From positions 1-52,621 of the forward strand of contig DAOPYQ010000012.1 in the NCBI GenBank assembly GCA_035352955.1: a stretch of DNA of 52,621 nucleotides, given 5' to 3'. Shown one piece after another: positions 17,830 to 26,721 of this stretch. Position numbers and translations under genes: made by a program. Within the stretch, counting starts at the first letter, position 1, and the number at the start of each line of letters is the position of its first letter. Source of the stretch: Candidatus Omnitrophota bacterium (GTDB taxonomy: Bacteria > Omnitrophota > Omnitrophia > Omnitrophales > Aquincolibacteriaceae). The notes beneath the pieces are model-generated. The model saw only the letters and a program-made list of their open reading frames with translations. It did no database searches and was not told where the DNA came from.

Positions 17830-17934
17830 CTTTTTCTCAATGAAAAAGTACGATGCCGTGAGGGGCTAACGAAAACCCTCTCCACACCGTACTTTTGTAC
17901 TGCAGTGAATGTTTTTTATGACCCACCGGCGGCT

Positions 17935-18441
17935 ATGACAAAGAAAAAAAAAGAAGACACTTCTCCCAAGCCGGTTAAAAACTCGTTCGAGGTCATTGCC
18001 GAGAACCGCAAGGCTCACTTCGACTATTTCATCCAAGACCGATATGAAGCCGGACTTTGTCTTCACGGGCATGAGGTCAAATCAATCCGCGAACGGCGGG
18101 TGAACCTCAAGGACAGTTTTGTCCGCGTCATGCGGAACGAAGCGTTTCTGATCAATTGCCACATCTCTCCCTATTCAAAGATCCAGGGGTATGTCGACAG
18201 CGAACCGACCCGGATGCGGAAACTTCTTCTTAATCGCAGTGAGATCAATAAATTGATGGGGCAGTCGGCGCGGAAGGGGTACGCGATCATTCCTCTGCGG
18301 CTTTATTTCAAGAAAGGTCATGTGAAGGTCGAAATCGCGCTCGGGCAGGGGAAAAAGCAGTATGACAAGCGCGCGGCCATCAAACAAAGGATCCATACGC
18401 GTGAAGCGGCGGTGGCCGTGAAAAAAGCGACGCGGTCGTGA
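17935..18441 (+). CDS. smpB: SsrA-binding protein SmpB
   Basis: IAENRKAHFDYFI, EAGLCLHGHEVKSIR and a basic C-terminal tail. The track ORF (17752) begins inside tRNA-Leu, so I chose ATG 17935 (MTKKKKED...), which gives a normal-length SmpB. Confidence 0.9.
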   Translation: MTKKKKEDTSPKPVKNSFEVIAENRKAHFDYFIQDRYEAGLCLHGHEVKSIRERRVNLKDSFVRVMRNEAFLINCHISPYSKIQGYVDSEPTRMRKLLLNRSEINKLMGQSARKGYAIIPLRLYFKKGHVKVEIALGQGKKQYDKRAAIKQRIHTREAAVAVKKATRS

Positions 18442-18682
18442 TTTTTTTAAAAAAAATCCCGCAAAGAAACAGTTTTTCCCGCTTGCTTTCTCTCCTGAAA
18501 AACGTAAGATAAAGCCGTGTTGTTTTCGCGGATTTTTGGAATATAAAATCTCGATCCCATTAGGGCGGCCGGCGGTTTTCAGGATCTGAAAATTTCGTTT
18601 TAATTCTTATTTTAATCTGTTCCTGAAACACCTGTTTTCCTTCCTTTTGGGTTTCGACCTCCTCAGAACGGGATTTGCAAAT

Positions 18683-20383
18683 ATGCCATTTCTGGTGCGA
18701 GAGGCCATTCAGTTGCGTTTGAACAAACGCGTCGTTGATGTCGAGAATGGCTATCGTCAAAACGTCGGAATCCTCGGCCCCTCGGGCGTCGGAAAAACCA
18801 AGCTTCTTTGCGAGTTTTTCCAGTCGATCTCCCGTAATCCGAAACTTATTCCCGTCTACGTCAAAGCCGAAACTATTGACGGCCGCCAGCTCATGCAGCA
18901 ATGGATGGGTTCGGTGTTGAGCGCGGTACTGCTTGACCGGACGCTCAATATTCCGAAGACGCTCAACGGGTTGCTCCGCGAAGCGGAATCCGTGATCCCG
19001 AAAACAGCGATCGCGGTTAAACATCTCCAGAGGTTGATTCGCCAAGACAAGAATGCTTCCGCGGTCCGCGAACTTTTTATGTTGAGCGGGACGTTGGCCC
19101 GCGAGACGGGGAAGAAGGTCATCCTGATGATCGACGAGTTTCAATCTCTTGAAAAACTTCCGACACCCGATCCTTTTCTGCTTCTCGGAAAACAAATGAT
19201 GCTTGATAAGGAAGTCCTTTACCTTGTCACCAGTTCTGCGACGGATCGTGCGCGCGAGATCTTCCGCGAGAAACTGTCGCTCCTTTTCGGGAATTTCGAA
19301 GTCCTTGAGCTTGCACCTTTCGGTTTTATGGAGATGGAGCAGTATCTTGCGACCCGGATGCCGGCTCACCGTTGGCCGGTGGAGCTTAAAAAATTCCTCT
19401 TTCACATGACGGACGGGGAGCCGATCTATCTGGATCTTCTGATCGATCGCCTCGAGACCTATGAGGTCCGCGAGTTCCCGCAGGACGTAAGTCCGGCGGT
19501 TCTGCTGGATGTTTTTTGCCAGGAGCTATTCGACCGGAGAGGCCGGATTGCGCTTCTTTTTGAGAAAAGAATCGATCAGTGCGCGCATCTTGCCAAGCAG
19601 AGTGGGCCTTATATCCGCGCGATGTTGGCCTTGAGCCATAACCGCCATAAGTTGATCCCGATTGCCGCGTTCATCGAAGAGACCGTTGCGGAGACGCAGA
19701 AGGTTTTGAAGCGACTGGTCCAGGAAGGGCTGATTGTTAAAAGCGGTTCCTTCCATTGCATTCCGGATTTTCTTTTTCGGTTTTGGGTTCGCGAAGTCTT
19801 CCAGAAACGGCACGACCTTTTCCTTCCGGAGGAGCGGATCCTGAGGAAACGCCTTTTTGATGAACTGAATCGGGTCCTGGATCTTTGCGCGCGCATGACC
19901 GATGAGGACCTTGGACTGCGTTTTGAAGCCCTCCTGAAGGAGTTTCGCAACGATGTCCTTGAGATCGACCAAAAGAAGATCCAGTGCCCGCAGTTTTCGG
20001 AGACGGTTCTGTTACGGCACATGCCACATTCGATGTTTTCACTTGCAGCCCGCGGGGCGCGGGGGCGTTGGGCTTTTTACCTGAGTTCGGAATGGATCGG
20101 AGAGTCCGAGATCGAGATGGTCGTGGCCGATGCCAAGCGCCTTCGGAACGTCCAACGGAAGGTTCTGATCTCACTCGACGGAATGGACCCCAACGCCCGC
20201 TTGATCGCCCAGGAAGCCAAGATGCAGTTATGGGACCTTCGTTACCTGAACGCGCTCCTGGATCTTTACGATCTTCCCAAAGTTATTTTGTCGCCGAATC
20301 GAGGAATCCATGAGCCTGAAGAGATCCATGAGCCTTCTGTGGGCTCCGTGGCGCAAGACTTATCTGCGCTCGAGTCCCGTTAA
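18683..20383 (+). CDS. AAA-type ATPase (archaeal-ATPase/ORC-Cdc6-like P-loop with winged-helix and DUF234-like C-terminal region)
   Basis: Walker A GPSGVGKT and Walker B VILMIDEF. C-terminal ...ISLDGMDPNARLIAQEAKMQLWDLRYLNALL resembles DUF234 tails. The track start 18647 is a TTG; the first ATG is 18683. Confidence 0.7.
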   Translation: MPFLVREAIQLRLNKRVVDVENGYRQNVGILGPSGVGKTKLLCEFFQSISRNPKLIPVYVKAETIDGRQLMQQWMGSVLSAVLLDRTLNIPKTLNGLLREAESVIPKTAIAVKHLQRLIRQDKNASAVRELFMLSGTLARETGKKVILMIDEFQSLEKLPTPDPFLLLGKQMMLDKEVLYLVTSSATDRAREIFREKLSLLFGNFEVLELAPFGFMEMEQYLATRMPAHRWPVELKKFLFHMTDGEPIYLDLLIDRLETYEVREFPQDVSPAVLLDVFCQELFDRRGRIALLFEKRIDQCAHLAKQSGPYIRAMLALSHNRHKLIPIAAFIEETVAETQKVLKRLVQEGLIVKSGSFHCIPDFLFRFWVREVFQKRHDLFLPEERILRKRLFDELNRVLDLCARMTDEDLGLRFEALLKEFRNDVLEIDQKKIQCPQFSETVLLRHMPHSMFSLAARGARGRWAFYLSSEWIGESEIEMVVADAKRLRNVQRKVLISLDGMDPNARLIAQEAKMQLWDLRYLNALLDLYDLPKVILSPNRGIHEPEEIHEPSVGSVAQDLSALESR

Positions 20384-20837
20384 ACGTTCCGGTTGCCTTT
20401 TTTGTTCGCTTCTGAGGGACAAGAAAGACAAGAAAAACCTTATTCTCTTCCGCACCGCTCACCACGCCGTTATCCTGAACCGCTACCCCTATAACAATGG
20501 GCATCTTATGATCGTGCCGAAACGGCATATCGCATGTTTGACCTGTTTGAACGCTGCCGAGAAGACGGATTTTTTTGAAGTCATGAGTCGGGTCCAGACG
20601 GCATTGCAAGTGGCGATGAACCCGCAAGGGTTCAACATCGGCATGAACATTTCGGATGTTGCCGGAGCCGGCGTGCCGGACCATTTGCATTGGCATATCG
20701 TTCCGCGGTGGAAAGGGGACGTTAATTTTATGCCGGTGGTTGCCGGGATCAAAGTGATCTCGGAGTCCCTGGAGTCGGCGTATGAAGTTTTGACGAAAGC
20801 ACTTGCCGGGAAAAAAGTTTGCCGGAGGAGACCATGA
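20310..20837 (+). CDS. HIT-family nucleotide hydrolase/transferase (Ap4A phosphorylase-like branch)
   Basis: LWAPWRKTYL N-terminus, NRYPYNNGHLMIVPKRH, and histidine triad HLHWHIVPR. The alternative start is ATG 20328. Either start overlaps the 3' end of the ATPase gene, by 74 or 56 nt. Confidence 0.82.
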   Translation: MSLKRSMSLLWAPWRKTYLRSSPVKRSGCLFCSLLRDKKDKKNLILFRTAHHAVILNRYPYNNGHLMIVPKRHIACLTCLNAAEKTDFFEVMSRVQTALQVAMNPQGFNIGMNISDVAGAGVPDHLHWHIVPRWKGDVNFMPVVAGIKVISESLESAYEVLTKALAGKKVCRRRP

Positions 20838-22405
20838 CGTCCGTTCCGGTGACCGAAGAAATGAAAGGACCCAAGATGCCGAAGCGGGCGCTGACGCCGC
20901 TTGAAAGGTTTCTTTTGCCCAATCCCCAGTGGCAGGAAGGTTACGAGTCCTTTTGCGAGATTTTTGGAAAGCCGGTCGGCTGGCTGGTGCTCACGGAGGA
21001 ACATGGTAAACAGCGCCTGATCCGGATGGATCGGAGGCAGAATTGCCCGCTTTTTTCGAAATCCACGGATACTCAGCGGGAATGCGAAACCTTTATCACC
21101 AAATTTGCCGATCAGTTGGTCCACAACGAAGAGACCGCGGAGAAATTGCCGCTTCTCTACCGGTGTGCTTTCGGGAAAAGTTGCGCGGTGTTTCCGCTGC
21201 GTTACCTCGGGGCCCTGAAGGGGTTCCTTATTTTTTGTTGTATCAAACGTCCCGAAAAAGAGGTCCGGCCGTTGATTGCCCCGTTCAATTATTTTCTTGC
21301 GAGCCAGGTCGAGCTTGCTTTTAAAAATTTCGAGCTGAATAATTTTTATGAAACCGTTCATCCTCGGGCGCTTGCGCTTTCCACCATGCATTCCGTTCAT
21401 CGGGTTATCAATTCGTCGCTCCGGCTCAAAGAGCTTTTACCGAGGATCGGCCGGCTGAGCGCCCAGATCTTGAAGGCACAAGGGTGCGCGATCATGCTGA
21501 CGGATCCCGATCGCCAGTTTCTCACACCGTTTTTCTCATTTGGCCATCATCCGAAATTCATCCATCGGCAAAGGCTGCGCATCAGCCGCGGACTCGAAGG
21601 CAGGATCGCGGAAACGGGGGAATTCTGTTTGCAGAAGCGCTACATTGCCGTTCCGTTCATCGAGGATGACGTGGTCGGCGTTATGACGCTTTGGAACAAG
21701 GCAGACAGGCAGAATTTTACCCGGACGGACCTTGAGATCCTGAAATCCCTTTCCGAACAGGCGGTCGTTGCGATCAAGAATGCCCAGCTGTTCGAGCAGA
21801 CCGAAGAGCTGACGTTAGGCAGTATCAAGACGATTAATGAACTTTTGGAACGTCATTTTGAAGGCAAACGGAGCCACCTCGAAGTTGTCGGCGAAATTGC
21901 GGTTGAGGTCGGTAAGGCGGTCGGTCTTTCGGGACAGGAACTGGTGCATATCGAGCGAGCGATCCTTCTTTTGGACACGGGACGACTTGCTCTTCCGGAA
22001 AAAACCTGGAAGAAAAAGGAAAAACTTACGCAGCGGGAGCTGGAAGAGGTTCGCAGTATTCCGATCCGCGGGGCGAATCTTCTCCGTTCGATTTCGCCGC
22101 TCAAGCCTGTCATACCGATCATTATGCATCATCATGAGCGTTTTGACGGGAAGGGTTATCCTCAGGGGTTAAAAGGAGACGAGATCCCCATCGGGGCGCG
22201 TATCGTGACCGTAGTCGATGCGTTCATGGCGATGGTGTCCAAACGGCATTACCGCGAGCGTTTGTCGATTAAAGATTCCCTGGAAGAGATCAATAAACAC
22301 ACGGGGACACAATTTGATCCCCATGTGGTGGAATGTTTCATGAGAGTGATGAAAGACCGGAATATCGCGGAGAAAGTCCAGCGTTGTATCGAGATCGACC
22401 GGTGA
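20834..22405 (+). CDS. Sensor HD-GYP phosphodiesterase (PocR-like N-terminal domain, GAF, HD-GYP)
   Basis: HHHERFDGKGYPQGL (HD-GYP) and a GAF-like block (LLPRIGRLSAQILKAQGCAIML...VVGVMTLWNK). The Cys-containing N-terminal domain resembles PocR. ATG 20834 has a GGAGGAG RBS and an ATGA overlap with the HIT stop; the track start 20819 is a TTG. Confidence 0.85.
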   Translation: MTSVPVTEEMKGPKMPKRALTPLERFLLPNPQWQEGYESFCEIFGKPVGWLVLTEEHGKQRLIRMDRRQNCPLFSKSTDTQRECETFITKFADQLVHNEETAEKLPLLYRCAFGKSCAVFPLRYLGALKGFLIFCCIKRPEKEVRPLIAPFNYFLASQVELAFKNFELNNFYETVHPRALALSTMHSVHRVINSSLRLKELLPRIGRLSAQILKAQGCAIMLTDPDRQFLTPFFSFGHHPKFIHRQRLRISRGLEGRIAETGEFCLQKRYIAVPFIEDDVVGVMTLWNKADRQNFTRTDLEILKSLSEQAVVAIKNAQLFEQTEELTLGSIKTINELLERHFEGKRSHLEVVGEIAVEVGKAVGLSGQELVHIERAILLLDTGRLALPEKTWKKKEKLTQRELEEVRSIPIRGANLLRSISPLKPVIPIIMHHHERFDGKGYPQGLKGDEIPIGARIVTVVDAFMAMVSKRHYRERLSIKDSLEEINKHTGTQFDPHVVECFMRVMKDRNIAEKVQRCIEIDR

Positions 22406-22440
22406 CTTTCCGGGATCTTTGACGGAGGGAGGAAGAAAAA

Positions 22441-22629
22441 ATGGGTAAAATGAAAATAGAGTTGAGAAGACCCCAGTATGTTGTGACGCGGGATCCGATG
22501 GCAAGAGAAGAACCCGAGGCGTCCGGGGAAAAGATGCCGTTGTTTTTCCGTTTTTTGATGGTGGTGTCTTACGTGCTTTCGGCGTTAGCCTTCTGGTTCG
22601 TTTATCAAAGATTTTCCATCCGGTTTTGA
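22441..22629 (+). CDS. Small membrane protein (62 aa), function unknown
   Basis: Strong GGAGGGAGG RBS a few nt upstream of the ATG. C-terminal hydrophobic helix FFRFLMVVSYVLSALAFWFVY. No homology recognised. Confidence 0.45.
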   Translation: MGKMKIELRRPQYVVTRDPMAREEPEASGEKMPLFFRFLMVVSYVLSALAFWFVYQRFSIRF

Positions 22630-22664
22630 TCGGCCCCTCAAAACGGGGCGAGGAGTGTTCAGGA

Positions 22665-23318
22665 ATGTTGTACTCACGAAAAAATGTTTTTATGGTGCTC
22701 CTTATGCTGGTGCTTGCGGGGTGTGCTTCCGCGGACAGAGATTGCCGCCAGTTGAACCAACAGCAAATGGCCACGATCGGGAGTCTTAATGCGGAAGTGC
22801 TTCGGCTGAATCAGGAACTGGAAGACCGGGTCGCCTCGCGGGACCTTTTGGAGTCGGTGGTGCCCGAGCTGAAAAAGGGGCTTGCTGGCGAAGTTTCTTC
22901 AGGCGATGTGGCGGTCCTGAGTGAACCGCGCGGACTTGTACTCCGGCTTTCGGGAAACGCCCTTTTTGAGGAAGGAACGACGCAACTTCGTTCGTCTTCA
23001 GAAGAGATCCTTGACCGGATTGCCGCCATTCTGGCTCAGGATCTTCCGAAGAATCGCGTGACCGTGGAAGGGCATACGGATGATCGTCAGGTGGAAGGGG
23101 CCGAAGGTGTGACTAACTGGGAATTTTCGATCGGGATGGGGACCGCGGTGCTTCATTATTTGATCGATGCGAAGAACCTTGCTCCGGAACGTTTTGAGAT
23201 CTCGGGGAATGCCGAGTATCGGCCGGTGACTTCGAACAAGACCGAAGCGGGCCGCAACCGGAATCAGCGTGTCGACATCGTGATCTCTCCGGAAAAAATA
23301 ATCGGCGTTACGCGCTGA
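22665..23318 (+). CDS. OmpA/MotB-family peptidoglycan-associated lipoprotein
   Basis: Lipobox LVLAGCAS, a coiled-coil segment, and a C-terminal OmpA-like domain (VEGHTDD...NWEFS...RNRNQRVDIVI). ATG 22665 has an AGGAG RBS; the track start 22626 is a TTG. Confidence 0.82.
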   Translation: MLYSRKNVFMVLLMLVLAGCASADRDCRQLNQQQMATIGSLNAEVLRLNQELEDRVASRDLLESVVPELKKGLAGEVSSGDVAVLSEPRGLVLRLSGNALFEEGTTQLRSSSEEILDRIAAILAQDLPKNRVTVEGHTDDRQVEGAEGVTNWEFSIGMGTAVLHYLIDAKNLAPERFEISGNAEYRPVTSNKTEAGRNRNQRVDIVISPEKIIGVTR

Positions 23319-23336
23319 TTTCAAGTTAAAGGACGC

Positions 23337-23816
23337 ATGCTCAGGAAAGTAGCTGTTTGGATCATTGCCGGGATTCTCTTGGGACTTGTCTCGGCGGGCC
23401 TTAATTACGTGGTTTATCTCGAGATCCAGAAGCGGCTCGAGATCCGGATGGCGGGGATCTGTATCCCTGCTGTTTTTGTTCCTTCTTTTGAAGTGCGGAA
23501 GGGAAGTTTCTCGTGGGAAGACAAGGTGCAGCTTCTTGACGGCGATTTCAAAGTCACCTTTGATCCGCTTTCTCTCGTCTCGCAGCGCGGCATCCGGATC
23601 CTTGTGACCGGCAGAAAAAGCAGGATCAAATTTCTCGGAAGCTGGGCGTTGCAGGAAGGCATCGAGAACGCGACGGTCGATTCAATGAACGCGGATATCG
23701 TGCTCGGACGTCGCGGTTTGGCCGGCATTAACGAGATCGAAGTTCTCTCCCAGAGTTTTCAGTTTTCGCTGAAAAACGCCGATAAAAAAAGAAGTAAAAA
23801 AACCGGAGCTGCCTGA
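23337..23816 (+). CDS. Hypothetical N-terminally anchored protein (159 aa) immediately upstream of murE
   Basis: Single N-terminal TM segment (VAVWIIAGILLGLVSAGLNYVVY), a beta-rich remainder, and a Lys-rich C-terminus. No family recognised. Confidence 0.55.
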   Translation: MLRKVAVWIIAGILLGLVSAGLNYVVYLEIQKRLEIRMAGICIPAVFVPSFEVRKGSFSWEDKVQLLDGDFKVTFDPLSLVSQRGIRILVTGRKSRIKFLGSWALQEGIENATVDSMNADIVLGRRGLAGINEIEVLSQSFQFSLKNADKKRSKKTGAA

Positions 23817-23820
23817 ATCC

Positions 23821-25311
23821 ATGCGCAAACGTCTTGAAGATCTGTTCCAGGGGATTGCGGTCCTCGAGAAACAACACTGGGATCCCAAGCGCATCATTCA
23901 CAAGATCACTTCCGATTCCCGCGCCGTCGAATCCGGGGATATTTTTGTCGCCTGCCGAGGCAATCGCATGGACGGGCATGATTTCCTCAGCCAGGCGATC
24001 TACGCCAAGGCCGCCGTCGTGGTTTTCGAAAAAGAACCCGACATCATGATCCCGCCTCACGTGACGGGCGTTCGTGTCCGGGATTCGCGGGTTGCTTTGG
24101 CCGTACTGCTGAACCGTTTTTATGACTGCCCGGACCAGAAAGTGAAACTGATCGGCGTGACTGGAACGAACGGGAAGACCACCACGAGCTATCTTCTGCA
24201 TCGCTTGTTGCGGGAAAAAGGTCCCACGGCGTATTTGGGCACGCTCTGGTATGAACTTCCGACGGGCAAGGTGACTTCGGTCAACACGACGCCGGGGCCC
24301 GAGGTTCTTATCCCGATGTTCCACCAGATGGAGGAAGAAGGGGTGAAACATTGTCTGATGGAAGTTTCCTCCCACGCCATTGACCAGAAGCGTGTGTATG
24401 GTCTCGAATTCGAGCTTGGCATTTTTACCCAGCTGACGCAAGACCATCTGGATTACCACCACAGCATGGAACACTATTTTCAGACGAAGCGCGATTTTTT
24501 TGCGTCTGTCACGCCGCCGAGAAAGATGCTTTTCAACAAGGATTGCCCGTACGGAAGACGGTTGATCGAGGAATGGCCTGAAGCAAAGACCTACAGCGTG
24601 TTGGGTGAGGCGGATTATTGCATCAAAGACCTCAAAATGAGTTTTCAGGGAAGCCGGTTTCTCCTTTGTTGCAACGGCCAGGAAATATCGTTCCAGATTC
24701 GGTTGCCGATGCGCTACAACGTTTCCAACGCCCTGACGATTCTTGCGGCGATCGATCTTCTCGGTTTTGATCTTCAGGATTTCCGGGGAGCCCTGGAAGA
24801 GATCCCTGCGATTCCGGGTCGCATGGAACGGGTCGGGACGGGTACGGACTTTACGGTATTCGTGGATTATGCCCATACACCGGACGCGTTTGAACAGGTT
24901 CTTCATGATGCCAAGCAGATGGAATCCAAGCGGATCATCACGGTTTTCGGTTGCGGCGGCGACCGCGATAAGGGAAAACGTCCGCTGATGACGCGAGCCG
25001 CCTGCGCCTATTCCGATATTGTGATCATGACCACCGATAATCCGCGGTCTGAGGATCCCGAAGAGATCTTTCGCGATATGCGGAAAGGGCTTCCGCATCC
25101 GGTGCCTGCTGAGGGGCGTATCAAGGAGATCCAGGATAGGGAAGAGGCGATCCAGCAGGCGATCGCCATCGCCAAAGCGGGGGATGTCATCTTTGTTCTC
25201 GGCAAAGGGCATGAGGAATACCAGATTCTGGCCGACGGAAAAGTTCCTTTCAGTGACCGCGAGGTCGTCGAGGCCGCTCTTAAACGAAAAAGCCGTGTTT
25301 TCCTATCCTGA
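23821..25311 (+). CDS. murE: UDP-N-acetylmuramoyl-L-alanyl-D-glutamate--2,6-diaminopimelate ligase
   Basis: GVTGTNGKTTT P-loop and the DNPR motif (TTDNPRSEDP) typical of meso-DAP-adding MurE. Confidence 0.95.
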   Translation: MRKRLEDLFQGIAVLEKQHWDPKRIIHKITSDSRAVESGDIFVACRGNRMDGHDFLSQAIYAKAAVVVFEKEPDIMIPPHVTGVRVRDSRVALAVLLNRFYDCPDQKVKLIGVTGTNGKTTTSYLLHRLLREKGPTAYLGTLWYELPTGKVTSVNTTPGPEVLIPMFHQMEEEGVKHCLMEVSSHAIDQKRVYGLEFELGIFTQLTQDHLDYHHSMEHYFQTKRDFFASVTPPRKMLFNKDCPYGRRLIEEWPEAKTYSVLGEADYCIKDLKMSFQGSRFLLCCNGQEISFQIRLPMRYNVSNALTILAAIDLLGFDLQDFRGALEEIPAIPGRMERVGTGTDFTVFVDYAHTPDAFEQVLHDAKQMESKRIITVFGCGGDRDKGKRPLMTRAACAYSDIVIMTTDNPRSEDPEEIFRDMRKGLPHPVPAEGRIKEIQDREEAIQQAIAIAKAGDVIFVLGKGHEEYQILADGKVPFSDREVVEAALKRKSRVFLS

Positions 25312-26701
25312 CGCCAGCCGACTGCTCGGCATGGCTCCTCAATTTCCGGAGCCTTCGTTAGCACTTCGTAGCTTTTCCATCGATACCCGTACCCTGAAGC
25401 CGCAAGATCTTTTCATTGCCTTCAAGGGCGAGAACAGTGACGGGCATGAATTCGTGGCCGCCGCTTTCGAGAAGGGGGCCTCGGGCGCCCTGATCGATGA
25501 AAAACAGACGGGGACCGTGATGGCTGCCGTCCGGAAGGCGAATGGGACGCTCCGGAATATTTTTCCGGTCCGAGACCCGCAGGCAGCCATGACTTTGCTC
25601 GCGAAAGAATATCGGAAGACCCTTCCTGTCCGGATCGCCGGCATCACTGGGAGTGTCGGTAAGACCACGACCAAGGAATTCCTTTATTATCTTTTGCGGC
25701 AAAAATATCCGGTGCTTGCGACTTCCGGGAATCTTAACAATCATCTCGGAGTTCCGATCATGTTGTCGCGACTTGAGAAAGAACACCGCTTCTGTGTGTT
25801 GGAAATGGGCGCGAGCCATCCCGGGGAGATCGGGTATCTTGCCGATCTTGCGAAGCCTTCGGCCGGAATCCTGACGCCGATCGGACCGGCGCATCTTGAG
25901 GGGTTCGGATCACTTGAGAATGTGTATGAGACGAAACTGGAACTCGCGGATGCGTTAGCGGCGGGTGACCCGCTGGCCGTTCCCGATCATAACGAACGCT
26001 TGCTGGAAAAACTCCGCAAGAGATCCCGGAAATTTTTTACCGTAGGGCCTTCCGTCCAGGCGGATTACCGGACCGGAGACATTCAGGTCCGGAACGGCGA
26101 GGTTTCGTTTACCGTGAACGGGAAATGGCGTTATTCGTTTCCGGGACAGGCGGCCTTTTTGGTGCTGAATGCCGGGCTTGCGATTGCGATGGCGCGAAGT
26201 CTCGGGGTCGAAGGGGAAGAAATACCGGAAAAATGGCAGGATGTGGGCTTTGCATCGGGGCGGTTTCGTGAGACAATACTGCCTAACGGGGTGCATGTGA
26301 TCGACGACAGTTACAACGCAAATCCCGTTTCTTTTGAGAATGCCCTGAAAGCCTTTCAAACGACTCCCGTGGCCGGAAAAAGGGTCGTTGTGTTTGCGGA
26401 TATGCGGGAACTCGGGACGGACGAAGAACGTTTCCACCGGGAATTGGGAGAAAAGATTGCGGTTTCGGGGATCGATCATGCGCTGGGTTATGGTCGGCTG
26501 GCCCGCGCGAGCGTTGAGGCTATTTCAGGTTCCGGGACTTCCTGCGTCGCGGGGCATTTTAAAGGGGCGGCGGAGGTGGTTGCGGTTTTGAAGGAGATTC
26601 TCCGGCCAGGCGATACCGTGCTTTTTAAAGGGTCGCGAAGCATGCATGTAGAGAAGGTCCTCGAGGGTGTCCGGGAGATTTCTTTTTTTGCACAAAAATA
26701 A
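25295..26701 (+). CDS. murF: UDP-N-acetylmuramoyl-tripeptide--D-alanyl-D-alanine ligase
   Basis: SIDTRTLKPQDLFIAFKGENSDGHEF and GITGSVGKTTTKE. GTG 25295 places IDTR at about the same distance from the N-terminus as in characterised MurF. ATG 25331 is the alternative, and the track start 25184 is an over-extension into murE. Confidence 0.88.
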   Translation: MFSYPDASRLLGMAPQFPEPSLALRSFSIDTRTLKPQDLFIAFKGENSDGHEFVAAAFEKGASGALIDEKQTGTVMAAVRKANGTLRNIFPVRDPQAAMTLLAKEYRKTLPVRIAGITGSVGKTTTKEFLYYLLRQKYPVLATSGNLNNHLGVPIMLSRLEKEHRFCVLEMGASHPGEIGYLADLAKPSAGILTPIGPAHLEGFGSLENVYETKLELADALAAGDPLAVPDHNERLLEKLRKRSRKFFTVGPSVQADYRTGDIQVRNGEVSFTVNGKWRYSFPGQAAFLVLNAGLAIAMARSLGVEGEEIPEKWQDVGFASGRFRETILPNGVHVIDDSYNANPVSFENALKAFQTTPVAGKRVVVFADMRELGTDEERFHRELGEKIAVSGIDHALGYGRLARASVEAISGSGTSCVAGHFKGAAEVVAVLKEILRPGDTVLFKGSRSMHVEKVLEGVREISFFAQK

Positions 26702-26721
26702 TTTTTAACACGCGCTGAGCC

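Noticed and set aside
17752-17934. N-terminal 61 codons of track ORF 17752..18441 (MAKLADALASGASGRKALGVQVPLSA...)
   Set aside because: This stretch is the translation of tRNA-Leu(CAG) (17746-17829) and its trailer. SmpB homology begins only at ATG 17935.
18442-18682. Expectation of a tmRNA (ssrA) gene next to smpB
   Set aside because: I found no tRNA-like acceptor or T-arm ending in CCA, no GGGG... 5' end, and no tag-reading-frame features in either flank of smpB.
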